Of a DNA stretch of 64,000 nucleotides, positions 49,415-62,455 are shown piece after piece (position 1 is the first letter of the stretch; each line of letters starts with the position of its first letter). The notes below the pieces were generated by a model, which was not told where the DNA came from, made no database searches, and worked only from the letters and a program-made list of their open reading frames with translations. The stretch is from Felis catus. Lineage: Eukaryota. The position numbers were made by a program, and so were the translations under genes. The DNA is taken from contig NC_058368.1 in NCBI RefSeq assembly GCF_018350175.1, positions 100,380,001 to 100,444,000 on the forward strand. The letters are read 5' to 3'.

Positions 49415-49635
49415 CACGGCTAACATTTGCCGAACACTCACTCTGGGAGAGGCGTTATCTTGCTTAATCCTCACAACAATCCAGTGAGGCAGGAACTTGT
49501 CATGATTTTCATTTTACAGACGAGGACTCTGAAGCATGGAGATGTTACCTAACTTATCCAGGGCCACCCTGCTAGTGGGGAGCCATCTGTCTCTGGGATA
49601 CCTGCTTCAGGCTACAACACCTGACTGCCTCTCTA
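49415..49635 (-). mobile_element. MIR
   Basis: TTAATCCTCACAACAATCC...CATTTTACAGACGAGGACTCTGAAGC. Confidence 0.8.
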
Positions 49636-49644
49636 AATCTATTA

Positions 49645-49874
49645 CAGTGGTCCTCATCAGGGTTGATTTTACCCACCCCCCAGGGGACCATTTGGCAATG
49701 CCTGGAGACATTTTTGGTTGTCATGGCTGGGGAGGTGTCCCCCCTGGCATCTAGTGGATAGAGATCAAGGATGCTTCTGAACAACATAAAGTGCACAGGG
49801 ATCCCTACAGCATCCCTTACAGCAAAGAGTTACCCGGCCTAAAATGTTGGTAGTACTGAGGGCAAGCAATCCTG
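49645..49874 (+). mobile_element. MER20 hAT-Charlie MITE
   Basis: CAGTGG...CAGGGGACCATTTGGCAATGCCTGGAGACATTTTTGGTTGTCA...TGGCATCTAGTGG. Confidence 0.9.
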
Positions 49875-49951
49875 GTTTTTCTTAAACCACACGAAATTAA
49901 AAGAAGCTCTACTTTGGCAACCTCTATAATATGGTAAGTTATTTTATAATA

Positions 49952-50192
49952 CAGTAAAACCTCCCTTTGCAAGCATAATTCATTCTGGAAACATGCTTGT
50001 AATCCAAAGCACTCATCTATCAAAGTGAATTTTAAGAGCCATTGGTTCAGCTGTGATCCCGTGACATCCGGCATTGTGTACAACTCGTACTGCGAGAGAT
50101 CGCTCATTTATCAAGTTAAAATTTATTAGAGATGTTTGCTTCTCTTGCAGAACGCTCGCAGGACAGGTTACTCGCAATCCAGGGTTTTACCA
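49952..50192. mobile_element. TcMar/Tigger-type non-autonomous MITE
   Basis: TA-CAGTAAAACC...GGTTTTACCA-TA: imperfect terminal inverted repeats with TA target duplication. Confidence 0.75.
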
Positions 50193-51062
50193 TAGTTCCA
50201 TCCGATCCAGGTTCAAGCCCTTGCATGTGCCAGAATCGTTTTGTTCTTATATAATCACTTCTTGCAGAAAGCAGTGATGACCTCTTCAATATGGAGATGA
50301 TTGTTCTCAGCCTCTTTAGGTAAACGAGGAGCAGTGAATGTTACAACCGCTTTAAGAGCTAAATGGAGACGATTCCGATGCTGACGTTTAACAAGATGTG
50401 TTCAACTCGCTAATTCACTGGCATAAAAAGAATATAGCCTCCCATAAACATGCCTTTGCTTTTAGGATTCCATAAGCTCCATCTCTGATGGCGCTTACAC
50501 CTGTTTCCTGATAAAGTGGCAGGAGTGGGGAAGAAAATGCTCAATACGTTTAAAAAAGATGCCCAAGTTCACAAGTGTTTTTCTGATTCTCTAGCCGTAG
50601 CCCTATTACATCGTCTGAGCTTTCTGTTTCCTGATTTTTCCCCTCTGGTCATGAGCCTGGTTCTTGTTTTAATTAAAACACAAGCTCTATATTGGTTCAA
50701 AAAAAGCAACTAGAACTTTTTTGCCTTTACCTAATGAGACAAAACCCAGAAGGCAATCAAATTATTTTGAAGTTACCCAGACTCAAAAATAACATTCATC
50801 CTTTCCAAAATGCAGGGTTTAAACTAACTACAGGCTCGTCTCCCTGCCATGTCCAAGGAGAGAGCATTGCACATTCCCTGCAGGTCTGTGAAGGAGATGA
50901 TAGGGCTTTTCTGTCTCTGCAAAAGGGTTTGCAGATTTCTTTCTTTATTCCTGCAGAAGCCAGATGCTTCTCCTGAAGAAGAAAAATGCACTGGGATATT
51001 ATTTTACCACAGACTTCTTAGTAGCCACGGTGTATTTATTTTATTAAGAAAGGCCAATTTGC

Positions 51063-51292
51063 AGGGCACCTGGGCCGCTCAGCCGGTTAAGTGTCCGACT
51101 TCAGCTCAGGTCACCATCTCAAAGTTCATGAGTTCGAGCCCCACATCGGGCTCTGTGCTGACAGCTCAGAGCCTGGAGCCTACTTCGGATTCGGTGTGTC
51201 CCTCTTTCTCTGCCCCTCCCCTGCTCATACTGTGTGTGTGTGTGTGTCTCTCTCAAAAATAAATAAACATTAAATAATTAAGAAAAAAAAAG
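51063..51292 (+). mobile_element. CanSINE
   Basis: TSD AAGAAAGGCCAATTTGC. Confidence 0.93.
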
Positions 51293-53639
51293 AAAGGCCA
51301 ATTTGCTATTCTTCCAGATAGTATATTATACACAGAACAAAACAAAGCAGAGGCCGAACTGTAGATCTCGTGAGGAGCATCCCTCCCAGCCCTGAGACAC
51401 GGGCTCTGCCATGTACCACGCTCCACTCTGTGAGTCAGGGGTCTTGTTAAAGACTCCTATCAACTCTGCGGGGCAGGCCCTGTTTCAATACCCAGTCTGG
51501 CACATGAAAAAAAAAAATGACCCTTCGAGAAGGTGTATGACTTTCACAACGTTATGGATAAGTAAGTGGCAGGGTCAGGATTTAAATACAGAACTATGTG
51601 ACCACGTTACTCTTCCCCTTCTGAGCGACCTGGTGGAGTAGAGACTCCGGACCAGTCCATAAAATGCCATCACTATCCTCCGTCGGTACTGATGCAGTTG
51701 CAAATAGCTGCTTGGAAGTAATGGGGTTGGTATATATTCCAAATAAAGTAAAACGAGTGAAAGAGAATGTAGGCAAACCTCTTAATTTTACTGCATGTCT
51801 GCTTTCCCATCTGTAACATGATAATTATCATCTCTACCTATTGCCCTGGAGAAAATACGAGATTTTATATATGTATGTGTGCAAATGCATGCCCACATAT
51901 TTATATAATACACACATACCTATTTGCATACCTGTGTGTGCGTATGGACATACACATATACATGTAAATATACTCCCGCACATGCACACAGACAGAAGTG
52001 AGGACACACTCTGTTCCTCATCAGGAAGCTTTGCCACCTTTCTGTACCATTGTGACTACAACGGGTGAAGATGACATTTTTTTGACAGTCTAATTTTTGT
52101 GCAAGTCACATGAGAACATAATGAATAAATGCTGTTCCACCTCACTCTAACCTTTGACCCAAGCCCTTGAAGCCTAGACTAATAGCACAGAATGATATGG
52201 ATTCATTTTTCTTTAGTGACAGAGCCACAGTGTGGTAGGAAAATAACTTCTTCTGGTAAACAAGTCTCCTCTTAGTGGATTCTCACATTTTTCCAACCTT
52301 GCACTAGAATGCCTGCCCCTGTCTGGTTTGTGTGCACCACTTTTTACTCAATGCAATCCACTGACACTTCCGAGATTTCATTACATTTCCACAAAGCCGT
52401 GTGCTGTGGTGGGAGGTCCCAAGAAAGGGCACATAGAGCTTATCAAGTGGACTCAAGCAGAGAGTTGATTGGATCAAGAATATAAGTTTTGCCTTGAGTT
52501 TAGGAGTGAAAAGGAGTGTAAAGCTAATCAAGGTAAAGAGAACCTGGCTTGCCCCTCCTCTCTAGCAAGAAATCTACCTGAGCGAGATCCTAATATACTT
52601 TCTTGCATGCTCCCCTACAAGGTTGCCAAGATTCTCACATGGCCTCTGGCCACCTCCGTCCCTTCTTCACTGTCCCGTCTATCAGCCCTGCCCTTCCTAG
52701 CAGTTGCCTGGTTGCCTGCTCTTATCTTCTTAGTGTGTCCCAGTATGATCGACTTTTATCGGGTGTTCACATGTTCTTTCTGCAAATGTCTTGTGTTCAA
52801 GTCTACATTACCTTTCATTCCTTCCTCCTGTGGTGCCCGTTATCAAAAACCTCATGCCTTGTTCTACTATCCTGCGTCGTCTGTGTTCTCTTGTTTCGGT
52901 AACACCTGCCAGGGAAGGAATTAGGAATAATCTAGTCCAGACAAGATGAACGATGTGTTCATGTCCCATAGGTAGTATAAGAGCCCAAGACCAGAACCTG
53001 GGGACCCAGACTCAACATCTTGAAATCCATACCCCTTCCTGAGAATGTGGAGAGTAGCCTTATAGATAGAATGATTTCCAAGAATGAACAACTGCCAGAT
53101 TTTTTCTTTTGCTCTTCTCTTACTCTGCAGATAGCCCTAAAATGTCTTATCTTGCTTATCAGTTATAGCACATATTAGATTGGCAATGCAGATTATTCAC
53201 ACAAACTATTTACCACTTATGTACTAGATTTAGTGGTGATCTACTCAACAACATGCATTAAACAGTTACAGTGTTCCAAGAGCACGTCTAAGCTCGGGTG
53301 AATGACACAGACCGGATCTATGTTCTTAGAGTTTCCAGGACCCTTTAATAATAATTGAGCATATTATGAAATGTCCAGTTGAATCCATAGAAGGTCAGAT
53401 TTAATGACCATATCAAACTCTGTTCTTGACGGCCTTTATGTTTTTGTGGTGATTGATAATTGGCTCACAATTGAAACTAGACCATCACTGAGGCTGAACA
53501 AGTATAATAGCCAGCCCTGTGTCCTACTGCAAGTTAAATTTCTTTTGTAATTTTTTTGTGACTTGGAATTTTTGCCTCAATAGTTGCCGTTGCTTTGGCT
53601 TCACTTCCACATGCTCATTTTGTATACTTGTTAATGTAA

Positions 53640-53880
53640 GTAATGGCTAGCATTTATTGAACACTTAGTATGTATCAGACACTCTTACCTATGTTTTACA
53701 TTATTAAATTCATAGTCTTCACAGAATGCTCTTGATATAAGCACCGTTATTACCCTGCTTTACAGGCGAAGAAACTGGTAGGCAGAGGTTAAGTAATTAA
53801 TATGAATTATCTGGAAAATGGTGAAGCCAGGATATAACGTGGACGGTCTGGCTGCAGAAACCATATATGTAACCCCTGTG
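53640..53880 (-). mobile_element. MIR
   Basis: GCATTTATTGAACACTTAGTATGT...TTTACAGGCGAAGAAACTG...AGAGGTTAAGTAA. Confidence 0.85.
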
Positions 53881-54158
53881 TTGAAAATGACTGCTGCTGG
53901 GCTTGTTGGTTACCTGTGGTTGGCTCAGTTCATTGAGGTCCCTTCTCATCCATGATCACTTGTCCTCACAAAGGGGGACCACTCATTGCTGTGATATCTC
54001 ACTACACTTGCCAATGTGGACCTTCATCTTTTGCCTAACTACACATATGAGCAATATAATGCTGTATGTGGTAAACTCTTAAAATGGGCAAAACAGTTAC
54101 TGAGTTTTCCCAAATACCAGCTACAAAATATGTCTTAGCGTAAAATAATTTGATTATC

Positions 54159-54349
54159 TTTTTAAAATTTTTTTAATGTTTATTTGTTTTTGAGAGACAG
54201 AGAGAGACAGAGCGTGAGTGGGGGAGGGGCAGAGAGAGAAGGAGACGCAAAATCTGAAGCAGGCTCCAGGCTCCAAGCTGTCAGCACAGAGCCTGATGCA
54301 GGGCCAACCATGATCGGACACTTAACTGACTGAGCCAGCCAGGCACCCC
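54159..54349 (-). mobile_element. CanSINE with internal deletion
   Basis: TSD AATTTGATTAT; part of the tRNA-like region is missing near 54305. Confidence 0.9.
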
Positions 54350-56190
54350 AAGAATTTGATTATTATTAATGAAAAAAAACCCTCTCGATAGAATAAAAAC
54401 AAGGAACAAGAACAAAAATCAAATGCGTTTGAAAAGAGGATCATTTGTAATAATTTTCTTTCACAAAGCCTAAATGGTAGAAGGAAATGTATTTAAAGCC
54501 GTCTGGGATGAATGTATGAAAACGTAGATCGCCAGTATTTGTACTATGTAGAGATGGTCGTTGAGACTGTGGGCGTCTGTATGGCCACCTGTGAAACATG
54601 GAACGTGGAAGGAATAACATTCCAAGAACGGAACTGTGTAGAAGTATGTCCCACATGGGACGAGGGAAAAGAGGCTTCTATGAAAGAGACTGGGAAATCA
54701 TTTTCAGAAATACAGGAGGAATGCTAAGGGATCTTAAAAGGCAGAGAGGTATCTAATGAATTTAAAGAAGCAAGGGATAAATAGCAGGGATTGGGTCATG
54801 ATAAAAAAGAGAATGGTTGGATTTTCCAGTCAAGACCCATTGGAGGCCATAGTAAGAGCAGGGCCTTTGGGGTAGTGAACAGAAGCCATGTTGTGGTGGC
54901 TAGAAGAGCAAATGTAAGAGATGAGGGAGGAGAGAAGAGAACCACAGCAATTCTTGAAAAAAAGATGGCAGTGAATACAAGAGCAAGAAAGGCCATGATT
55001 CACTGAGGAGGCAGCATGTCTTCAGGTGGCAGAGCTGCTTGTTTGTCAGAGGAGAGAGCTGACGTCGAGAGGGTGACTGACAAGATGGAGGGACGAGGGA
55101 TGATGGCAGAGCCAGAGACCTGAAGGGATGGGAGGGGAAGAGACGTAAGCACAAGTGGAGGGCTAGTGGCGAAGGGGTGGACTGTTAATGCCACATCCTC
55201 TGTGGGGAAGGCATGAAGTCAGGACACACCTTCCTCAATTGGAAGGGCAGGCCACTGGAGAGGAGTTCCAGACTTCAGGAAAATACTACATTTCTGAAAA
55301 CCTCGCTTCAGGGTGTGTCTGCTTTCACGGCCAGCTTTGCGTGCACACACGGTTGCTGTTTCACTGGGTGGGTATTGAGATGCCTGCCCGAATTTTGGAA
55401 AGCTTTGTGAGAAATCATGAATTTCAGGATGGTTGTTTGGATGACTGGCTTAATTGTTTCTTTTGGAAACTTAATGAGACCTTAACTGTTTAAAAGTCTC
55501 TAGCTTCAAAAGGTGTTTGGGATTTTAGTTCTTTTATTCTTTCCCTGTGGCTCATTACTGCTTGAGTAATGTCTGCATGTTCACCCAACTGGCTCCAGCT
55601 TTCAGGAGTAAGGGCCAAAGCCTTTCAGTCTTGAACAATATCTAGGATGGTCAGAGATCCTTATGGCTTGGTGTAGAAATCATGCACTGTTATGAATCCC
55701 ATGCACGCTCAAACTGTTTTGCATGGCTGAGTGACAAAATTGACTGGCTCAGGCAGGGATGTGTAGGATTGTCTTGTGTCATATCAACTCGAGTTCGCAA
55801 AGGAATGTTTCAGTGTCGGCCCTTGGCCATGGACTCTCATAAAGGAGGAAAGACCAAAGAGAAGTTAAATAATGTGCTGGGACAGGCTGGGCTCTCCTTT
55901 CCAGTCCCAGCTCAACCCCGTCTTCTGTCTCTTAAATTCCCACATCTGGATCAACTGAGCTTCAAAGTCAGGAGGGCAATGAAGATGATGAGGGAAGGGC
56001 TGTGTGCACAGGTGGAAAACAGGTTAGGGAGAAGAGACAAAAACATTCAACATCGTTTCACGCCTTGTAAACTGACTTCACTTGTATTATCCACATATGA
56101 TTATCTGTGTTCTATAAATAAAGAAAGCAAACCCCAGAGATATGAAATGACTAGTTTGTCCAGAACCTCAGTTAATAAATACCAGAACTT

Positions 56191-56390
56191 GGGGCACCTG
56201 GCGGGGTCAGTCAGTTAAGCATCTGACTTCAGCTCACGTCATGATCTCGCAGTTCATGAATTCAAGCGCCCCATGGGGCTCTAGCTCAGACCCCACTTTG
56301 TATCCTCTGTTTCCTCCTCTCTCTTCCACTCCCCTGCTTGTGTGCCCTTGCTCTCTGTCTCAAAAATAAACAAACATTTAAAAACTAAAC
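56191..56390 (+). mobile_element. CanSINE inserted in a minus-strand MIR (~56050-56450)
   Basis: TSD AAATACCAGAACT; MIR-like flanks on both sides. Confidence 0.9.
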
Positions 56391-56800
56391 AAATACCAGA
56401 ACTGGGGCTTGAATCTGCATCTTCTGGGTCCAGATCCATTGTTCTTTATACAGAAGGCTAAGGCATCAGCCAGTACACATACTGTTAATCTATTAGAGGT
56501 GTGTTTTTTTCTTTTAAATATACCATAATTTCATGGCTAGACTTGTAATAATGAGGGGTTTTTTAGGAAGATGAGTGCTATATAACTATTAACTATTACT
56601 ATTACTATTTTTATTATTGCCACTAAAATCATGATTACATAGGGGAATTCATTTATTCAAGTTCAGTAAGTACCCACTATCTTTGGTAAACACAATATTG
56701 TCCACACCCTCAGGAAGCAGAGAAAGTAGTGACATAAACATATAGGTGAAATATCATGGATGGATTCTGTAATGGAATTATGCTTAAATTATATATAAAG

Positions 56801-56972
56801 CAGTTGTTCCTAAATGTTAGCATGCATCAGAATCATCTAGTTGGCTTGTAAAAATACAGATTGCTGGGCTCTACCCTCAGAGTTTCTGGGATGGGGCCCA
56901 AGACTGTGAATTCCTAACAACTTCCTAGATGGTGTCTGTGCCCCCGGTCCAGACACCACACTTTGAAAGCTG
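56801..56972 (-). mobile_element. MER5A MITE
   Basis: GCATCAGAATCA...AAAATACAGATTGCTGGGC...CCACACTTTGA. Confidence 0.85.
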
Positions 56973-56979
56973 GGATTAC

Positions 56980-57325
56980 TTCCATCTGGGAGTGTGGGAG
57001 AAGATTCTATAGAGCGATTCCCAGGCCCATCTTGAAAAATTAAAAAAAGTTTGCCTAATGAACTGGGTGGAATAGCATTCCAGGTCGATGGAATGGCACG
57101 CCTAACAGTATAGACAGGTAGAACAGCAGATATGGCGTCCCTAAGAAATTTCATATTGCCACAATCAAAAACGAAGTGAACAATGGTAAGAGATAAGTCT
57201 GAGCTCATGGAAGGCTTCCTGTGCCATGCTGAGGCTTTGCCCGGTAGTCCGTGCAGAGCCACTGAAGGATGTGAAACAGAGAAGCACCTTAGTCAAATCT
57301 GCATTTTAGAAAGCCAGTTAATTGG
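56980..57325 (-). mobile_element. L2 relic
   Basis: GCATTCCAGG...GAGCCACTGAAGG...ATCTGCATTTTAGAAAG. Confidence 0.6.
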
Positions 57326-60300
57326 AGTGCAAGTACGGAAGCATGGAAGAAATGCCCACTTACTACCTAAGTATGAAAGAACTCCTTTGAAACGCTGTAA
57401 TATTCTGCCGGGGATCCATCAAATGTGTGTTTGTCTTGGTATTCCAGTCAAATAGTTAATAAGCCACTGTGTGCCACGTATATATGCAAGTCAGAGACAC
57501 CATCCTTTCCCTCAGGCAATTGTGGGAGCCAACACTAACATCTAGGAAACAACAGAGCCCAAGGCAAGGCAGTATTTTACCAAGGGCAGTAAAGAGCAAG
57601 GTCATTTAGGGCTGAAGCAGTTAGCCAGGGTTTCGTGCAGAAAGCACAGCGCATGCTGGCCTTGCAGAAAGGCAGCTTTTCCCTGGCCAGAGGGAAGCTT
57701 TGCCAGCCAAGGTACAGAAGGTGGAACTAAACTTTGAATGCACACTGCATGCACCCTGAAGAAGTGGAGGCAACTGGTCAACCTGTAGAAGGGGCTTTTC
57801 TTGAGACCTGGAAAGGAAGTTTGAATCACTAAGGCTATTTCTACGGGACTAACCTCTGGAAGATTTTTAGAAAAAGAACAAGAGTGACATAAAACCAGGA
57901 AACAACCATCTGCAACCCCCGTCTCTCTAATCACCCAAGGATAAAAGGCATCAAGGGAACAGAATATAAAGGCTGGGGTTGGGAGCAAGAAACAGGGGAG
58001 ACACTTTGGACTTTGGTTCTGATAGGGCCAAAATGACAGTAGTTGTTGCCCAGGGAGTTGGCCACTGTCCGGAGAATGAGGTGGCTTGGCTATCAGACAG
58101 CTCCTTCTAAAGGCCATCTGTCCTTTGTACTGGGATGAAGGGCTGGGGAGCCTTCCCTTTTAGCTCCCAGATGGTAGGACAATGCACTCATGTGAGAGAG
58201 ACTTCCTGGGTCATTTGCTTATTCCCAAATGTGCAAATATGAAAATGTTTTCTCATGTTGGTTTTGTGAATTGTGTGTTTCTCTGGCCACTCTTCCCTTT
58301 GTGACCTGACCGTACAACATTCTCTTAAGCTTCATCTCCTATCCAGAGAGCAGCGTTTGTGCTTACTGAAACAAATACCCAAACTGATTCTGTTTCTTGT
58401 GTCTTTATAAAGGATAGTAGATTTGTTCACAGTGTAGATTGGAGTCTTCGCTGAATTTGACATTCCACATACCCTTACGGTTCCCCAAAACTTTGATTGT
58501 CCAGCCAACACATCATCCTTTTCTCAGATGGCTGTATTTGTAATTTTCGTCACCAGGCACAGCACATGACTTTTTCTTCAAGGTCATTATTCCCAAAGAA
58601 TTGAGACGTATACCTTCACAGGAGTGACTTTCTGTACGCCAAGGGTGGAGAGACAGAGCTGCCGCGGGTTAACACAGGTTGAGGCGGTGCGTGGGGCTCC
58701 GCGAGGTTCATCCTCTGCCTGTTGCTCAGTCCCCACACCATCCGGGCAGCCTGTGCTGCTCGAACTTAAATGCCATTATGTTACAAGTTGCTGCACACTC
58801 AGGATCTTTGAGGTCACGTAGGAAGAGCTGGGGGTAGAGCCCATAATTCAGAGATTCTGATGTAGCCGACTTTGGGGTGAGAGGTGGCGGTCAGGATGCA
58901 TGTGGCTGAAAATGCAGGAAGCCCCGCAGCCAGTTTAATCAAATACATATCATTAAGCCCCGTGAACAACCTTATTGAGTTTATCATTAACTCCATTTAA
59001 ACACTAATCCATCTTTAGCTCCCTCTTTATAAAATTTGCCTTGGGAGAACAACAAAACAAGACAGAAGGAGCAAGGGTGAGACTTTGCCAAAGGGTGCTT
59101 TTGTGGGGCGCATGGCCGCGGAAACAAAAGGCCCCGTTTTAATTGAATTGTAAACTGTGTAATTATTTAACCTGTACCAGCTGGTCTCAAGAAGCTACCG
59201 GATTCCTTAGAGAGCTTGTACTTGGCCAGGAACATAAGGCACCTTATTAGGAACAAGAAAAATGCCTTCTGTACCTATGTTACCCCCATCCCCCAAAGAA
59301 CATACTGTAAAAGGGGAAAAATGCTTGAAGTTCAGTTTTGGTTCAAGAGACAGCCCTCCCTCTTTCTCAGTATGTGAGTGGATTGACTAGTAGCACCTGT
59401 AGTCTCTGAGGACTGGCCAACATAAACAGGATGTTATTGCATCAGACAGGTAGGAGTAATTTCTCTAATTGGTCATTTGAGATTTCATTTTTCACTTGCA
59501 AGACCTGCAGATTTAATTTGTTTGTGACATGCGGTTGGCAAATTGACAATACATACAACTGCCCCCTCCCTCTGTCTTGCTGTCCTGCCATCGTGTGGAA
59601 AGCACTGGGGGGTCTCCATGTAGACCCTTGGCTTCATCTGTCAACATCAAGCTCACTAGAGTACCTTCTTATTGACAAATGTACCCTAATTACACATTCC
59701 TCACTTGTAATGCTAGAATAATCCTAATGAGTTTTCCGTGATCATTTTTCTTTCAGATTAATTAAAGGGTTTTTTTTTCTCATTCCCCCCCCAAATTCTG
59801 AGTGAAGTCCTTTATCACACATTCTCATTCCCATAAGAACAGTATTCCCAAAGGTACAGAGCCAAATATTTGTAGGTAGCTGGGTTTTATGAGTTAATGT
59901 ATGATTGAAGATGGTCCTTTGATTAAAGAAATAGTTCATCCTATCTATTTTGTTTTAAAACATCCTTCTCTGAAGAAAGATTGATTGGCATCAGACAGAG
60001 CCCCCGTAAATCAGAGCTATTGATTTTCCATTTGTTTTAGCCCTTCTGGTTTTATGCCCCCTTATGTCGTAATTTGTTATCCTGATAGCTGGCCCCTGAG
60101 TCGGTGCCCAGTTGATCCCGGGGGCTGGTTTCTTTCAGTTCGGTCTAATCTATACATAAAACAGATTAGCTTCCAGACAGAGAACCAAGCTCCTCTTGCT
60201 CTTTATAACATCACCCCCTGTGTTTCCCACGGAGCTCACGGACGCCACACAGTAAAACCTCTGGCAAGTGGCGACATGAGGGATGTTGGTGTAGCCCAGA

Positions 60301-60744
60301 GAATATCAGCACAGGTGAGGCTCCTGGCTACCCTGGGCGCTGCAGGAAGCTGGGTGCTTCTCCCCTTGGCCCTTCACAGTCGGACTCAAAACGCATGTAT
60401 TCCAGACACCTTCCGGAAATTCCTCAAGGCCAGAAAATTCTTCCATCTTCCACAAGTCGCAGAAGCAACAAGAGAGAGAATGTCTGCCGGATACACTTTG
60501 CATGTTAAAGCAGGGGTGCATAGCCCTTCTTGATGTACATCTGCTTAGATGTATACAGATAGAGCTTGGGTCACTGCCAGATCACTGAGGAGCCCGTTGA
60601 GGATAAAATTCGACTTTTCTGGATCTACATGTTGTACTCAAGTGTCACTTCTTGTGCTTTGCTTTCTCTGGCCTCTTGAATGAATGCAATGCTCTTGTTT
60701 TAAGTTGTTGTTTTATTCCCTTTCTCCTCCGGCTTCCCATCCAG

Positions 60745-60817
60745 TACTCGGTGACGTCGCTCAAGACCATCCCCGAACTGTGCCGAAGATGTGATGCACA
60801 AAGCGAAGACAGATCAG
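60745..60817 (+). CDS. SNCAIP: Synphilin-1, second coding exon (73 nt, YSVTSLKTIPELCRRCDAQSEDRS plus 1 nt)
   Basis: Pyrimidine tract and CCAG acceptor ending at 60744; CAG|GTAGGT donor at 60818. Continues in frame from the previous exon and matches synphilin-1 residues 20-43. The gene continues beyond the window. Confidence 0.96.
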
Positions 60818-62079
60818 GTAGGTCCCTCTCCTCATCCCTCTCCTTCTCCTGACTCTGAGAGAGCGGAGGGCTCCAGGAAGATGCCTCTCCCTCCCACAAC
60901 TTGCCGCTGCCTTCTGTCTTTCCTTTACAGCTTCTCCCTTCACCCCCCTACGCACACCCCCTCAACGAACAGATGTTAGGTCACCCTCCACAGGCTAACA
61001 GGACAGGGAGGCCCTAATGAGGACTCGGCTGTCTACAAATCAACGTAGGCCGTCATCTCGACAGCTCCAAACCACAGTATACGCGGCAATTTACTGAAAA
61101 CCCGAGAAACCATTGGTGACAAAACATAATGATAGAGGCGCCAATGAAAAAATGTTGGATGCGTTTACTACCCATATGGCCAGGACCAGCTTGGGGGATG
61201 GTGTTTTGCCAGAATCTGAAACCCTATCAGGGATGCGACATGATAGGATCTGCAAGAAGGCATACTGTAACAGTTAAGATTAAAGCAAAGCTTTGGAGTT
61301 TAATAGTGTAAACTAAACAGAGAATTATGGCATACAGATGAAAACCAGCTGGTTGACCTTTTCTCCTTGCACACACCCCCACCCCTGACCAAAAAAAAAA
61401 AAAAAAAATACATTCAGAGTTGTTTTTCCCTCTGTAAATCAAATTAAGTTTCTCTCCTTTTCTCTCCATGATGGGTGAAAATGAAAAAAAAAAAAAAAAA
61501 AAAAAAGGATGTTGATGGAAATGATACAATGACGTTAAACTAAGAAAGGATGTTTATTATTTTTCGAAGTAATTGCCCTAAGGTACCACCATTGATCGTG
61601 CCAAGCTCACCTCCTCTGATAGTAGCTAGGATCCTGAGAACCATGGGGAATGGAAGGTTCCAGATAATCCTCAGATGATGTGTATCGGGTTTCCTAGAGG
61701 GCCCTTACCTGTATAGCTACTGGAATTCTAGGCCTTTCTAACTGAAGACTTGCCCAAAGCTAATCTACTTTTCTCCTGGACGGCTTGTTTACTTTGGAGA
61801 CTTTGCTTAGAGGAGATGGGGCAAATAATTAGTCTTTCTAGGTTTGTTTATCTCTGTTTTTTGTGTGAGTGAAAGTAATACTTCAATGTTTGGGTCAGAA
61901 ACGCAGAGGATAGTTCTACATTCGCATAAAAGTCTTCATTTACCTTCAGAGTTTTGGGTTTTTCTTTTTCTTTTTCTTTTTCCTTTTAATTTCAAACAAT
62001 GTCAAGTTTCTGGCGGGTTCAACAAAGGCTCTAGCCATGAGGCTTTTAAAGATGTGCCTCCTTACAAGCCATTGCCAGG

Positions 62080-62455
62080 CTCCAAGGTTGGATTGCTGAC
62101 TGTGGGCAGTGACTTGAGTCCAAGTTAGGGTTCAGTGACTTATCACCCATATGGCGTACAGCCTCAACCTATTGTCAACAAAATGAAGAAGAAACTTGTT
62201 CTGCCAATGTTACCAGGTGTTGTTAGGATTAGAGTTAGGTGAGGTATCTAAAGTTACTGTTTCTGTGCTAGCTACTGTTGTAAGCCCTTTCCTCACATTA
62301 GCTCTGTTAATCCTAAAGTCCCCATGGGTGGAGTACGTAGAATGCCAATGCTATAGGTGGGTAAACTGAGGCACAGCAGAGAAGTTAAATATCTTGCCTG
62401 CAGTCACGTAGCAGTTAAGTTGCAGAGCTGGGATTCAAACAGCAGCAAGTGTACC
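62080..62455. mobile_element. Two MIR fragments in opposite orientation (+ ~62080-62270, - ~62290-62455)
   Basis: GCCTCAACC...AAAATGAAG...TTGTTAGGATTA, then GTAAACTGAGGCACAG...GAGCTGGGATTCAAAC. Confidence 0.7.

Noticed and set aside
55682..56218. 178-aa ORF, and others of 140-170 aa at 32188, 40524, 43301, 52469, 57602 and 60054
   Set aside because: No recognisable domain or exon structure; several run through repeats; lengths are compatible with chance in 64 kb.
60652..60852. 66-aa ORF as a standalone gene
   Set aside because: Only 60745-60817 is coding (the SNCAIP exon); the rest is intron read-through.
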